A DNA stretch of 64,000 nucleotides. Origin: a virus (Duplodnaviria > Caudoviricetes). The stretch covers positions 1 to 64,000 of IMG/VR virus record IMGVR_UViG_3300025912_000012; one strand, given 5' to 3'. Both the position numbers and the translations under genes were made by a program. Positions 40,616-51,676 of the stretch are shown piece after piece; position 1 is the stretch's first letter, and each line of letters begins with the position of its first letter. The notes beneath the pieces were generated by a model. The model was not told where the DNA came from. It was given only the letters and a program-made list of their open reading frames with translations, and did no database searches.

Positions 40616-40762
40616 TCATGCCCTCCCCTTCAGGATACTCTTGCACTGAGGGCAGGTCACTTTGTCTTTCCTGGGTGAGGTTGTCTCCTCGAAGAGGAGG
40701 CGTCTCCTGCATGCCGTCAGGTACATGCTGTCGGTCTTGTAATGCACTTTCTGTTCGCTCAT
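40616..40762 (-). CDS. small zinc-finger protein, tandem copy 2
   Basis: VHYKTDSMYLTAC...VTCPQC. Confidence 0.75.
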   Translation of the reverse strand: MSEQKVHYKTDSMYLTACRRRLLFEETTSPRKDKVTCPQCKSILKGRA

Positions 40763-40911
40763 GCTCTCCCCTTCAAGAGCAGGATGTTCCTGCACTGAGA
40801 GCAGGTAACGTCTTTCCTGATCGAGGTTACGCCATCGAGAGGGGAACGTTTCTTGCATGCTGTCAGGTACATGCTGTCAGTCTTGTAGTGCACTCTTATC
40901 TGTTCGGCCAT
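40759..40911 (-). CDS. small zinc-finger protein, tandem copy 1
   Basis: Read by hand: MAEQIRVHYKTDSMYLTAC...VTCSQC. Confidence 0.75.
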   Translation of the reverse strand: MAEQIRVHYKTDSMYLTACKKRSPLDGVTSIRKDVTCSQCRNILLLKGRA

Positions 40912-41617
40912 CGCAGCAGGATACCAGATGCTCACCCTCCGCGCAGCATCTCCTCAACTGCGGTCAGCTTAGCCAGCAGCTCACCGAGAGTGAGCTTCCC
41001 GTCACGAGAGCAAGCCTCCAGCATCTTCACCTTCTGCATCAGGGGAAGACCATCCCAGTACTTCGTGCAGATGCTCTCGTAATCATGCAGGCAGGAGTTA
41101 CACACTCCTGTGCTCACAAGGTCGCCAGAATACCAGCGTGCATTTCAGCGTGCGCTTACGAGAAGGACCATGATCGCGGTCCTCGATCCAGCGGATTGCA
41201 TCCACGTAAGGATCGAACGGGGGTATCACCTGGTCAGCCTGCTTTTTGGGCGAGGGTATTCCATCGTGTACCCGCGAACTATGACATCCGCGCTTGTCTC
41301 GCAGTTCCAGCACCTGACTGCCTGCCGCCTGTTCTTGACCGCATTCCTTCCCTCAACCTCGCACTTAGTGCATTTCCACCAGGCTGTCAGGACTGACGCT
41401 GCCATTGTTTTCCCCTGTTCTTTTCTTTTTTTGCCGCGAAAGGAATGAGTAACTCTAAGTGACGAGGAAGGTGCAAGTTAGCTTTGTCCCCTGCACCCGC
41501 AGTTGCATCTCCACCTGCGCTTACCCCAGTGATGCCTGTCTCGCAGGCATCTCCTGCACTGTCCTGTCGCCTTAGATACCCTGCGCAGGGCTTTGCGGTC
41601 AAGACGGTGCTTCCTGA

Positions 41618-42079
41618 TCATGCAGCTACCCGGGTTTCCAGTAGTCCTCTCACTTGCTCCCGGAGTATCTCCAGGGCAGCTTCCTCGCTGTCAGCCTCGA
41701 TATCAGCAGACAGGCAGATCGTATCGTCATAGCTGCTCAGCATGTAAATCCCGTCAGGGTCCCTGTCAGACCACCACTCGAAAGAATAACCCTGGTCAGG
41801 GACCTCAACAGAGACACGGAAACATCCAGGATGCTCTATTGCGTAGAGATCCTTCCCGATTTCCTCAAGCAGCCACGCCTTTCTTCCGTCAATCAGGTCA
41901 GCCATCTTCGCGGTCAGGGACAGCTCCTGCTTCTCCTGCTCAGTCCAGTCCCCGTCAGAGATGCTTTCCAGGGATATGTCCAGCCATAGTTCCGGATCAG
42001 GACCAGGAGAACAGGAGCTGTTCATGTCCCTGGCAGTACGGAAAAGGAGAATGTTCCCCAGGAATTCCAGATGATCCAT
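41618..42079 (-). CDS. acidic hypothetical protein
   Basis: ORF in - strand block. Confidence 0.65.
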   Translation of the reverse strand: MDHLEFLGNILLFRTARDMNSSCSPGPDPELWLDISLESISDGDWTEQEKQELSLTAKMADLIDGRKAWLLEEIGKDLYAIEHPGCFRVSVEVPDQGYSFEWWSDRDPDGIYMLSSYDDTICLSADIEADSEEAALEILREQVRGLLETRVAA

Positions 42080-42487
42080 AAGGGAAGCATATCAGGAGCT
42101 TTCCTTATTCGCTGGGATGCTTTTCCTGATGGCGGATCAGGAAGTCTGCCAGATCCTGGCGTGCTGTCCTGTTCTTCTTGTTCTTGCCTAGTTTCGCGGA
42201 GATCCTGACGTTCATCGTGCCTGCTTTGCAGGTGATGTCATAGAAGGTCCCATGCTTAGACCGTACGACCTTCCATCCTGAGCTGCGCAGTGCCCGCAGG
42301 CGTGTCTCTACCCAGGCATCAGGGTGCCTGTCTACTGCTGACATCGTGTTCCTTTCGTAGCTTCTGGTCGGTGACCTTGCAGTGTAGCACAGGACGGAGA
42401 GCTGTCTGCAAGACAGACCTCTCCCGGTATTCACTGAACAGTGAACGCTTGTTAGCGTTAACATATTCCCGGTTGGAGAAGAAAAAA

Positions 42488-42517
42488 AGAAACCCCCTGA
42501 TTTCTCAGAGGGTTTCT
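42488..42517 (-). terminator. terminator downstream of primase-helicase
   Basis: AGAAACCC../GGGTTTCT hairpin with an A-tract on its left. Confidence 0.65.
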
Positions 42518-42525
42518 AGGCAAGA

Positions 42526-44334
42526 TTAGAATGGGGGATTGTTCGGATCGAACACGTGATCATCACGTGTTGTCACGTGTTCGTCACGTGATGATCTCAT
42601 GGGCAGGGACCACAGGGTTTCATGTCCGTGACCTACCTCGCACCGGTCCGCATACCCGTCATCAGCCAGCTTGTTCAGCTCCCGGGAGCGAGTCTCCCTT
42701 TTCAGGGGGATTCCCCCAGCCTCTACGATCTTGTCCACCAGTTCCTGGGAGGTCTGCGGGGTGCTAGTCAGCTGCTCGTACAGGGAACGCCTCGAAGGTG
42801 GCCATGAACGGTCGGCAATCCTGTCTCCTGGCTGCTCAGGATCGTCTCGGGTGAATGCAGGGTCGATCAGACCGCCCCCTGTGTGCACATCGACATTCCA
42901 GAACCGGTGCAGCCAGCCACGTCGATCCTTCGTGATGACAACCTTAAGGTTGCCCTCTTGCTCCCGGGTGAATGCAGTGACCATCGTGACCTTGAGCTGC
43001 ACGTCAAGGGCAGCCAGTTTGGCTCCGGAACCCCTGGCATACCTGCTGGCTTCTGATGCTTTAGTGTCGTGGTCAATAACGACTACAGCTGCCCCGACAT
43101 CCCTGGCAATAGGGGTGAGAACCCTGCTCCACCAGTTAGTCACCGCAGGAGCACTGTTCTCGTCCAGCCCAGCCCGAGCCAGGAAGGCAGCACTGCTATC
43201 CACGAGCATCATCGCCGGGGAAATATCCTTAGCAAAGCTAATGAGTTCCCCGATGTCCTCATCGTCCCAGGATCTCCCGGGGAACGGGACATAGGACATG
43301 TTTTCCAGCTCATCTACGCTGGAACCCAGGGCTTGCATCTTCTCAGTGACGATCTCAGCTCCGCCCTCCTCGTCCAGGAACAGGACGTTCTTGCCCTGGC
43401 GGAGTAGCTGTACTGCCCAGAACAAAGCCAGTGTCGTTTTCCCGCAGTCAGGAGCCCCGGCTATGGAATGCAGTCCCCCCTCGTAAATGAGTCCGTCACA
43501 GAGCAGTACGGGTGCGGCAACGCCGCGTTTCATTGTCTCTGCGAGGGAGACAACCCGATAGGGACGCACTCTTTTTCCTTCCGTGAACGGGATGAGCTGA
43601 TCGAGATTGTAGCCTGCGTCCAGATGATCGGAGATGTCATCCCCGTGTCCAGTTGTCCGGGACTGGAGGATGCGAATTTCCGGGACGATCCCTTTCAGGT
43701 GTGCCGCGATCCCCTTGGCGTGAGCTATGCCAGCCTCATCCCGGTCAGCCACGATGTTGACGCACCCGACGCCATGCAGAGCCTTCGAATACTCGGGACG
43801 CCACTTGGTTTTCCCGGTGCCAGCACCCTCAAAGTTGCAGGTAGCAGTGATCCCCAGGGAGGTCAGGCGATCTACATCTTTCTCCCCTTCGGTGATCCAG
43901 ACTGTCTCTCCTATTTTACCAGCTGCCAGCACAGCAGGGAGATTATACAGGACTTTTTCAGTGCCTTCCGCGATCCCGTTAACCCACCCGTTACCATTGG
44001 GATGCTTAATAGAGAATCTCTTGGGGACATAGCGGAGTTTCGCGAACAGAACCTCGCCATCCCCGGAGACATACTTGTAGTAATGTGGTTCGCTTACAGC
44101 GAGCGGCTCATCGAACATATCGTCCCACTTAAGGTCCAGCGCTGACATGATATCTTCAGTTTCGCACCCCAGATGGCAGCACAGGACTACCTTGCCGCTT
44201 TTGTAGTCAACGGAGAGGCTGGGTTTCACGTCCCCGTTGTAATGATTACCCGTAGGGCAGTTCCAGTTGCCACCGTGCCGCTGAGAGCTTCCGGCAGCAT
44301 GAAGCGCAGCAGTAACCTTGTCAAGCGCACTCAC
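42526..44334 (-). CDS. DNA primase-helicase (Zn finger + TOPRIM + RecA-like helicase)
   Basis: CPTGNH..PSLS..CHLGC; EGEKD; DRDEAG; GAPDCGKTT; DHDTK; RGSGA. Confidence 0.9.
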   Translation of the reverse strand: MSALDKVTAALHAAGSSQRHGGNWNCPTGNHYNGDVKPSLSVDYKSGKVVLCCHLGCETEDIMSALDLKWDDMFDEPLAVSEPHYYKYVSGDGEVLFAKLRYVPKRFSIKHPNGNGWVNGIAEGTEKVLYNLPAVLAAGKIGETVWITEGEKDVDRLTSLGITATCNFEGAGTGKTKWRPEYSKALHGVGCVNIVADRDEAGIAHAKGIAAHLKGIVPEIRILQSRTTGHGDDISDHLDAGYNLDQLIPFTEGKRVRPYRVVSLAETMKRGVAAPVLLCDGLIYEGGLHSIAGAPDCGKTTLALFWAVQLLRQGKNVLFLDEEGGAEIVTEKMQALGSSVDELENMSYVPFPGRSWDDEDIGELISFAKDISPAMMLVDSSAAFLARAGLDENSAPAVTNWWSRVLTPIARDVGAAVVVIDHDTKASEASRYARGSGAKLAALDVQLKVTMVTAFTREQEGNLKVVITKDRRGWLHRFWNVDVHTGGGLIDPAFTRDDPEQPGDRIADRSWPPSRRSLYEQLTSTPQTSQELVDKIVEAGGIPLKRETRSRELNKLADDGYADRCEVGHGHETLWSLPMRSSRDEHVTTRDDHVFDPNNPPF

Positions 44335-44575
44335 ACATCACCGTTACCTTTTAAGCAGCGCGTTATGGCACGTGCAGAAGCAGGTGATACCCCAGGTGCA
44401 CTTCTTATGCCTGCGGGCGATGCATGCTGCTGACCTGAACCTCTGTATCATGTCTTTTCCTCAGCATCCGAAATGGCATTTGTAGTTGTGTCTCCAGCAG
44501 TGAACCCTGACTGTTCCCCTTCTAGGGGTGCAGTCACTGCATACGCAGGCGCATTGCTTAGGGGTGCATGTCTGG

Positions 44576-44923
44576 CTAGTCATCTTCAATCAGCTCCAGG
44601 ATCAGCTGCCCGTATTTAACACGCGGGAGATTATCACCGCGCTGAAGAGTAAAACTCGTGACGAACTTGTCATTGTCGTCGTGGATAACCCCTGCATCGA
44701 CCAGCCCGTCAAGGATTGCCTTGAAGCTGGGATACAGGTTGGCTGTGTCTCTTATCCGGTTGTCAGGGGCGCGGAAAATACACACCACCTGAACCTTCCC
44801 GAACGTCATAGGGTGTTTCCCGACAGTCCGGAAAGCCTCTGACCTCAGTCGTTCAGTTTTCTTAGCCCGCTGCTTGTAGTGGATGCGGTCGTTGGCGTTG
44901 AGCAGCTCCAGCCCCGGGGGCAT
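44576..44923 (-). CDS. RusA-like Holliday junction resolvase
   Basis: RDTANL..SFKAILDGLVDAGVIHDDN. Confidence 0.85.
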   Translation of the reverse strand: MPPGLELLNANDRIHYKQRAKKTERLRSEAFRTVGKHPMTFGKVQVVCIFRAPDNRIRDTANLYPSFKAILDGLVDAGVIHDDNDKFVTSFTLQRGDNLPRVKYGQLILELIEDD

Positions 44924-45369
44924 TTCGACACGGAGAATCCTCTGCTCGACACAACCACCTACTCACTTGCTCCAGGGAATTTCACTGGCTCTGGCGGGTC
45001 AACCACGTCTATCTGATCATACATGTACCGTGACATGTAGATCCTGTTGTCCTTGATGTCCGCGATCACCTGGTATAGCACACCAGGGGAAACGCTCACG
45101 TACTGATCTTTTGCCGTGATAGGGGAACGGGTAGCGCAGTTTTCCACGGGCACGAGGACCAGTTTGTATTCGTTTTTCACATCTCGTCCAGGATTCTCAT
45201 GACCTTCTCCTTGAACCTGATAGCAGCATCCTCGTGATCGAACTCCCCGGTAACCTCCACCATGTACGGGGGGAAGCTTTCTTCCATCCGCTCCCCGGAA
45301 AAGTAATACAGGGGATTCCAGTTCCGGGATATGTTGACACTCCACTTGATCAGGTGGGTTGTCTTGTCA

Positions 45370-45675
45370 TCAGAAGTCATATTTTCCTTTCCTCGGGATT
45401 TCCCCTGGCTCATCCCAGCTGTGCACAAGCCAGCCATCGGTGTAAGATTGCGCGGGGTTGGCGTGTACATGACTGTGACACTCCCGGCACAAAGCCACAA
45501 GGTTCGCAAGCCCGAAAGCAATTTCCTCATCGCTTGTCCCGCCCATGCCTTTCACTTTGCGGTGATGAACGTCAGTCGCAGGGCGAGAGCACCGCTGGCA
45601 GGTCTCCTCGTCACGTTCCAGAGCCCCCCTGCGTGCCTTATCCCAGGTTAGTTTGCCAGTGTCCTGATACGCCAC
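45370..45675 (-). CDS. HNH endonuclease
   Basis: RD..CQRC..DVHHR..NLVALCRECH. Confidence 0.88.
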   Translation of the reverse strand: MAYQDTGKLTWDKARRGALERDEETCQRCSRPATDVHHRKVKGMGGTSDEEIAFGLANLVALCRECHSHVHANPAQSYTDGWLVHSWDEPGEIPRKGKYDF

Positions 45676-46487
45676 ACGATAGCCGCCGCTATGTCCCGCT
45701 GATCCTGGTCAAAGCCAGGGTGATCGTTGATCTCCTCAAGCCAGGTGTCCAGCTCACCTTCCCCGACAATACGTCCATCCGGGAAGGTGAGGATGTATTC
45801 CCCCGCATTAATCACATGACTCCCTGTCTGAGAAAGTACCGCACCATATGCACCCGGGAGAATTACATATCCCGTGTACGTACTTGCCTTCCGCCAGCTC
45901 CTCCCATTCAAGGGGAGGGTTCACCTTGTTATAGTGGTCCCACTTGACCCGCTCTATCAGCTCCAGCGGGGTTGTCGTCGCGCTCATCAGGCGCTCCCCG
46001 CAGGAACAGGTCACCTCCAGCAGCACGTCTGCGGTGACCGTGATCTCATGGCTCATACGCTCTCCTGGTGCGCTCGTACAGCGTGGCTGATGTCAGACAG
46101 GGGGAGGAACCCCAGGTCATCCCCGGGAGCCTCCATGATGATCACCCCACATTCGCACACGACCTGGACACCTGCAAGTACCTCCCCGTCCTCAGGTCGG
46201 AAGCACGTCTCCCTGGGGTCAGGATCATGCGCGTACGCTGCGACGATGGCTTCGTGGGACATCAGTCTCCCCCCATGACCGACATCCCGGGCAACGCTAC
46301 GTCCAGCCCTGCCTGAAGGTGCTCCGGATCTATCATCGACTCCGCGTGCGGCTCCCCGAGGGCGTCAGTGATATATGTAGCCAGCTCAGGGGTGGCATGC
46401 CACATTTTCGCGGAACACGTATAGTCCGTGTTGAACGTGACAATCTGCACCATGGTCACGGGAAGCACCTCCGGGGGGAACTGCTCC

Positions 46488-46904
46488 TTATAGTCCATTT
46501 ATTTTCTCCAGGTCTGTCAGGGTCTGCTCCCAGCTTTCGAACCGGATGGCACGGTCATCGATGTAGGCAGAAGCCGAGAGCTTATGGTTGGTAACCAGGA
46601 GGATTCCCGCAGTCTGCCAGAACACCCCGTTCCAGTCAGCCCCCGTGTCCTGCTGATCCCAGGTGTCGTACGGGGAATCGTCCGTGGTTACCTCGAACCC
46701 TCGTTCCTTCAGCCATTTCGCGACCTGCCCGGTGTGACGGGAGGTAAAAATGAACACGTTGTAGTCTTCCATCAGCTTACGGAGAGCCTCCAGAGCCCCG
46801 GGCGTAGGTGTCCCGTAGATGCTCCCGTCCTGCCACCCGTTCTCGTAGCTGTGGATAACCCCGTCAAAGTCAACCGCTACTGTCTTGCGGAAAATGTCAG
46901 CCAT
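46488..46904 (-). CDS. HAD-family phosphatase
   Basis: AVDFDGVIHSY...YIDDRA. Confidence 0.85.
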   Translation of the reverse strand: MADIFRKTVAVDFDGVIHSYENGWQDGSIYGTPTPGALEALRKLMEDYNVFIFTSRHTGQVAKWLKERGFEVTTDDSPYDTWDQQDTGADWNGVFWQTAGILLVTNHKLSASAYIDDRAIRFESWEQTLTDLEKINGL

Positions 46905-48914
46905 TTACCGTGGCACCTCACATACATCCGTCGTGCAGTACATTTCACCTTCTGCTTCTGGCAGTTTGTCGCTGTCATAGAGGGAATCCCAGTCGATGGG
47001 ACGGATTCGGCTGCGCATATCCTCCCATATCTCACGGGAAACACGCTGGTAGGGAGCCTGGGCGTAGGTTCCTTCCGCCATCGGGAGGAACGACACAGTC
47101 TTCAGCTGCCCGTCGAACGCACGCAGGACAGCAGGGATTTCTTTCGCCTCATCCTCGCTGAACGTGACTGTAACACTGACAGCGTTGTCTGACCAGTACC
47201 GCTGAGCCTGGGCAGCCAGGGAGGTCTTCTCCCAGACAGACACGTCACGCTCAGCCCGCACGTCCGGGGCTTCCACGGGCATGGAGATGACCACCGTAGT
47301 GTCAGGGTCTGCTACAGACGGCTCCACGGGGTACCCTGCGTCCCGCATAGCCTTCACGAACGGGGAGTACCTGACATCCCTTACCGTCCGGACGTAGTAC
47401 CCTGCCTCTTTCGGGAAGTGAACCCCGGGGGTGACTCCGAATAGCAGGGAGACAGTTCCACTGGGCTTTACTGTCGTGACCCGGATGGACTCGCGGATGC
47501 CCAGCCATTCTGAATACACCTTGTCCCACCTGCGGATCTCTGCGTATCCCCTGTCCTGCCAGCGCTTCAGCTCACTCCAGCCATGCTGTTCCGCGAACAT
47601 GGCAACCCCGGTCATAGAGGTCCCGATCCTGCGGTTCCTTGCCATGACGGAATTAGTCTCCGCCCATTGAGTGGGGAGAAGGGTGACGCTCTTTGCGTAC
47701 AGGTAAGCGAACTTAAGGGTACGCAGGTAATCACCCAAGTCCGTGCAGTTCGTGGGGAATGTTTCCACGAGGGTGCACAGCTCATTGTCTTCCAGTGGCT
47801 GCTCACCGCACGGGTTGAGCCCCATGGTGCGGTATTCTTTCCCGTCCGCAGGGTCACTGAGTCTCCCGTAGTTCTGCACCACGTCTTTCCAGAAGATCCC
47901 CGGCTCCCCATTCAGTGCGATCCTCTTAGCCAGGTGGGAGTAATCCCCCCCGGTTTCCGCGATGACAGAATTGTTGGACAGGTGACCCCACCCGTCAGCA
48001 CCCATTCTCTCCGGGTTGATGTTCCAGTCTTTCAGGTCCAGGAAATCCTCGTCGTCTGCCCTTCCCAGTGCGATCTGAGCTGACCTTCTGACGCTCGCGG
48101 AAACGACACACTTCCCGGTCATGTTCATGATGTCCGCGATGTCCGTTGACGTGAGAGTTTCCCCCTCGCGACCAGACAGGAGCTTTGTCACCTGGTTGTG
48201 CAGCTTTTCCAGCGGGTCAGGACCGCTCGCGATCCCCCCGAAGGTTTTAATGGGAGCCCCGGCAGGACGGACCCGGGAGTAGTCGAACACAGGGAGTCTC
48301 CCCCCGGTGAAGAATGCACGCAGCAGGGTGGCGAGAGATTCGCACCATCCTTCACGGGAATCCCCGACAGAATGAGGGAATCTTCCTTGCGGAGTATGCA
48401 GGGTAACCTTCCCTGCTCCCTCAGTGTCGAACCCGACCCCGACCCCGAGCATGGACATGGACATCATGCGGGTGAACGGGAGGGAGGAATCGGGCATGTC
48501 CGCGAGGGCAGCGGTGGAAATGAACCCGCAATTCTGGAGTGCAGACGAATCCTTGCGCCCGTTGACAAGTTCCGTACCCATAATCCAGAGCCCTCTCCCG
48601 GGGGGACTCCACTTGCCCGCGAAACACCGCTCGTACGCCTCCTGAGCGCTCGCGTGAGCCTGCTCATCACTCCAGGGGAGACGGTTCGCCAGAGCATGGT
48701 CACGCTGGATTGAATACATGCCGTTGATGACACGCTCCAGTCCCTCATAGAACCTCTCGCGTGTCCCGTCAGGCTTCTTCCTCGCGTACTTGGTAATCCA
48801 GCTGTGCTCCCCGAGAGAATTACCTTCTCCCATAGGGAAACCCCAGCGCGGGGAACGATCACGGTACTGATCTACGAATTCACCGCGAAGATGAAACGAA
48901 AGGAAGTCACTCAT
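46905..48914 (-). CDS. nrdJ: class II (adenosylcobalamin-dependent) ribonucleotide reductase
   Basis: SPPGRGLW, NCGF, VRRSAQI, NPCGEQ, LCTLVE, VKPSGTVS, C-terminal CTTDVC. Confidence 0.95.
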   Translation of the reverse strand: MSDFLSFHLRGEFVDQYRDRSPRWGFPMGEGNSLGEHSWITKYARKKPDGTRERFYEGLERVINGMYSIQRDHALANRLPWSDEQAHASAQEAYERCFAGKWSPPGRGLWIMGTELVNGRKDSSALQNCGFISTAALADMPDSSLPFTRMMSMSMLGVGVGFDTEGAGKVTLHTPQGRFPHSVGDSREGWCESLATLLRAFFTGGRLPVFDYSRVRPAGAPIKTFGGIASGPDPLEKLHNQVTKLLSGREGETLTSTDIADIMNMTGKCVVSASVRRSAQIALGRADDEDFLDLKDWNINPERMGADGWGHLSNNSVIAETGGDYSHLAKRIALNGEPGIFWKDVVQNYGRLSDPADGKEYRTMGLNPCGEQPLEDNELCTLVETFPTNCTDLGDYLRTLKFAYLYAKSVTLLPTQWAETNSVMARNRRIGTSMTGVAMFAEQHGWSELKRWQDRGYAEIRRWDKVYSEWLGIRESIRVTTVKPSGTVSLLFGVTPGVHFPKEAGYYVRTVRDVRYSPFVKAMRDAGYPVEPSVADPDTTVVISMPVEAPDVRAERDVSVWEKTSLAAQAQRYWSDNAVSVTVTFSEDEAKEIPAVLRAFDGQLKTVSFLPMAEGTYAQAPYQRVSREIWEDMRSRIRPIDWDSLYDSDKLPEAEGEMYCTTDVCEVPR

Positions 48915-49306
48915 ACTTCTCCTATACCTGACAGTGACAGCAGCGCTTTCTCCCTGGAAAGCAATGATCTTCCTATCTCTACTCTCTTATGCAAAGCCTG
49001 GAGGTTCGCGTTCTGCGTACGCACCCTGCCTTTAGCCTTACCCCATTCGAGATACGCTTCTCTTGCATCTACCTGATAAGACAGCGTGCTCTGCCTGGAC
49101 TGCGCTTTCCTTACCTCCACGCTCCCCTCAAAGTCAAGGAATGCTTTATCCTGAGCCCATTCCAGCGAGGTTTCAGCGCTTCTGTATTCACCTTCCGCGT
49201 CAACAGCGGCTTCCTCAAGTTCCCCCAGGAGTTTCACCTCAGCCTGCAGATCCCTCCCCAGCTGAGCTAGTTGCTGAGCCAGTACTTCTGCATCGTAACT
49301 GCTCAC
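48911..49306 (-). CDS. coiled-coil hypothetical protein
   Basis: 4-bp overlaps in operon. Confidence 0.75.
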   Translation of the reverse strand: MSSYDAEVLAQQLAQLGRDLQAEVKLLGELEEAAVDAEGEYRSAETSLEWAQDKAFLDFEGSVEVRKAQSRQSTLSYQVDAREAYLEWGKAKGRVRTQNANLQALHKRVEIGRSLLSREKALLSLSGIGEV

Positions 49307-50037
49307 GCTGCCAGCACCCCGTCTCTTATCTCAGTTGACCACCTGTGCAGTTCTTTCGCTGCGAGGAATGCCCTGAAATTATCCTCGGAATGATTCACGG
49401 GAACGAATTTCCAGGAGCGGGGTCGGATATGCACTGCCGCAATCCCGTCAATAGCAGGGACAGAGAGTTCTTCACCCTCGGGGGTGATGATAAATTCTCC
49501 GTGGGCAAGAGCAGACAACTGCAATCCCACTTCATCGTGGAGATTTTTCCCCGTCTTGTAATCTATCAGCCACGTTTTCCCCGCGATAATGCAGATAGCA
49601 TCAGCCGTGCCCGCGTAGTCGTGGGTGCGGTTCCACAATGTAACCTCAGTGCGGACAAATTCGGGGCGCTTTTCCAGCAGGAATTTAACGAAACTCCCCA
49701 TGTAAGGATTAACTTCCGGGGGATTCCTGTGCGGAGTTCCTTTGCACCAGTTGTCTATGGCTGAGTGAACCGCAGTCCCGAGGACAGCAGAGGCATCTCG
49801 CTCTCTCTCGTGCGCGTTCTTTATCTGCCGCACTTTCACCCCGGGATTCCAGGTGGACATCTCCCCCCAGTGGTCAACCGCATACTCAGCTGCGATCCGT
49901 GCAGCCCAGCCTGTCAGCAGGGGCTTGTTCACCTGGTTGATGATCGTAGTGACAGAAGGAACCAGCTCGCCTGTAACCGGGTGGCAGTAGGCACGGGAAC
50001 CATCGGGCTGGTCCTGACTGAGTACGGGGTTTGTCAC
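49303..50037 (-). CDS. PD-(D/E)XK exonuclease (Cas4/RecB-like)
   Basis: PSVTTI, GTAVH, YAGTAD, IDYKTG, QLSA. Confidence 0.9.
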   Translation of the reverse strand: MTNPVLSQDQPDGSRAYCHPVTGELVPSVTTIINQVNKPLLTGWAARIAAEYAVDHWGEMSTWNPGVKVRQIKNAHERERDASAVLGTAVHSAIDNWCKGTPHRNPPEVNPYMGSFVKFLLEKRPEFVRTEVTLWNRTHDYAGTADAICIIAGKTWLIDYKTGKNLHDEVGLQLSALAHGEFIITPEGEELSVPAIDGIAAVHIRPRSWKFVPVNHSEDNFRAFLAAKELHRWSTEIRDGVLAA

Positions 50038-50305
50038 ATAGTTCTCCTGCCGCAGATAATGCAGCTGGGAACGATCCCGCGCCAGCGGTCTTCCAGTGCT
50101 TTATCGATGACCTCCTGGGTGAAGATGTCCTCGATCGTCCTGGTGTCTTTGTCATTCATCCGGGTCTCCGTATTCGAATTCGCCGTGGTCAACATACGGG
50201 GCGCAGTCCTCGCACCAGTGATCTTCCATCCCAGGGAGAGTGTCCTGGATCCATTGCTCTTTCTCCAGGAACGGGGTGACGCGCTTGCGTGCCTCCTCCA
50301 GGGGG

Positions 50306-50635
50306 TCAGCGTCTTTCATTTCTCCCCGCATTCTCCCAGGTCAGAGCAGGATTCGGATGCCATTCCAGGTGATTGTGAAAGAAACCTGCGTGACTCGTCT
50401 TGATGCTGTGCTCATGCTCCGCAGCCCCCTCCTCGTCCAGGAGATTGAGCAGCTCGTGGATAACATCGATCAGGTCGTACAGCTCCTCAGGATCACGGTT
50501 CTCCGCGAACTCTCCGTACTCTTCCCCGAGTTTCTTCGTGAGAGCTGACACAGGGTCAGGGGAAATCCTCCACTGCCCGCTGATGTGACCTTCCAGTTTC
50601 TCCTGCTGACGATCACGGACTATCTTCCATCCCAT
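50306..50635 (-). CDS. MazG-like NTP pyrophosphohydrolase
   Basis: KIVRD...KLGEEYGE...EELYDLIDV. Confidence 0.75.
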   Translation of the reverse strand: MGWKIVRDRQQEKLEGHISGQWRISPDPVSALTKKLGEEYGEFAENRDPEELYDLIDVIHELLNLLDEEGAAEHEHSIKTSHAGFFHNHLEWHPNPALTWENAGRNERR

Positions 50636-51477
50636 TACTCAGCACCTGCACTTTCCCCAGGTACATCTCCAGGATTGCTATCGCTTTTCGGGAGCACCAG
50701 TTCGTCGTTCCTCCGGTAGAGGTAATCCTGGACGGTGATCTTCTCCCCTGTCGCAGGCATGAGGATTTCGCTGGGAAGATGACCGGAGGTTCCCGCGATC
50801 ATCCACGCCTCCCGCAACTGCTCAACGGTGGTAGCTTCCGCTATCTTCGTGATCAGCTGCTCCAGTGTCAGGATCTCTTGTGCGGGAGCCTGCACGCGCC
50901 TGCGTGTCCTTGAAGGAAAAACCTTTGGGATCGTCTCTGCGTCCTCTGACTCGGGAGCCTCGGGTGCTATCACCGGGACATCATCAGTATCCGCAGCGGT
51001 GCTCTCAGGACGCACCAGGGTCCACCTGACGATCGCGTCCTGACTCCCCTTGTTATAAAGGGACAGCCCGAACTGGTCACCCAGGTTGATGGCGCATCTT
51101 CTCAGTGCATATGTCTGGGAGTTTGTCAGGGCATTCCCGTGGGCTTCCCCTCGGACAGGATGGGTTGACTCCCCGACGTGAGCCCCGTCGTAAAAGCACA
51201 CCGGCTCCCCGTCAGGAGCGGAAATGGTAAGCCTCACCCGGGTGCGGTACACGACATACCAGGCTTTCTTGCCCTGGCTTGTCTGTGTCTCGTTCTCGCA
51301 GACCAGCTGCTGGTCAAGAGTCTCCTCGTTCCAGCGCCCGAACCCGAACACCCTGGTCAGCTCAGCGCGTACGTCGTAACCTTCAACGTAGGAGAGTCCC
51401 CGTGTGACCGCTACCCGATTCGGGTGGATTGGCTTGAGCAGGAGATTAATCTGATCCTCGGTGAAGTATCCCATCAT
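50635..51477 (-). CDS. Rad52/Rad22-family single-strand annealing protein
   Basis: LSYVE..VFGFGRW..ALRRCA..GDQFGLSLY. Confidence 0.88.
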   Translation of the reverse strand: MMGYFTEDQINLLLKPIHPNRVAVTRGLSYVEGYDVRAELTRVFGFGRWNEETLDQQLVCENETQTSQGKKAWYVVYRTRVRLTISAPDGEPVCFYDGAHVGESTHPVRGEAHGNALTNSQTYALRRCAINLGDQFGLSLYNKGSQDAIVRWTLVRPESTAADTDDVPVIAPEAPESEDAETIPKVFPSRTRRRVQAPAQEILTLEQLITKIAEATTVEQLREAWMIAGTSGHLPSEILMPATGEKITVQDYLYRRNDELVLPKSDSNPGDVPGESAGAE

Positions 51478-51676
51478 TCCTCCGTGTTTCCGGGAACGAA
51501 AAAACCGCTCTCAGGCATGGCGAAGCCTCCGTAAAGAATAAGCTGAGGTCGCTCACGGGAGAGCGGCGATATACTCCAAGGATACGGGATCCAGCCCCGC
51601 CAGTCCAGTACCAGGACCCCTCGTGGCGGTAGCGAGGTCGCCCCAGGTCACGCTATGATCCTCCCCTGGAGGTTCG

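Noticed and set aside
42526-48914. Inteins or introns in primase-helicase or NrdJ
   Set aside because: Lengths and motif spacing look normal and there are no intein block motifs
49303-50037. Cas4 implying a CRISPR system
   Set aside because: No cas genes or array; its position near a Rad52-like SSAP fits a standard phage recombination exonuclease
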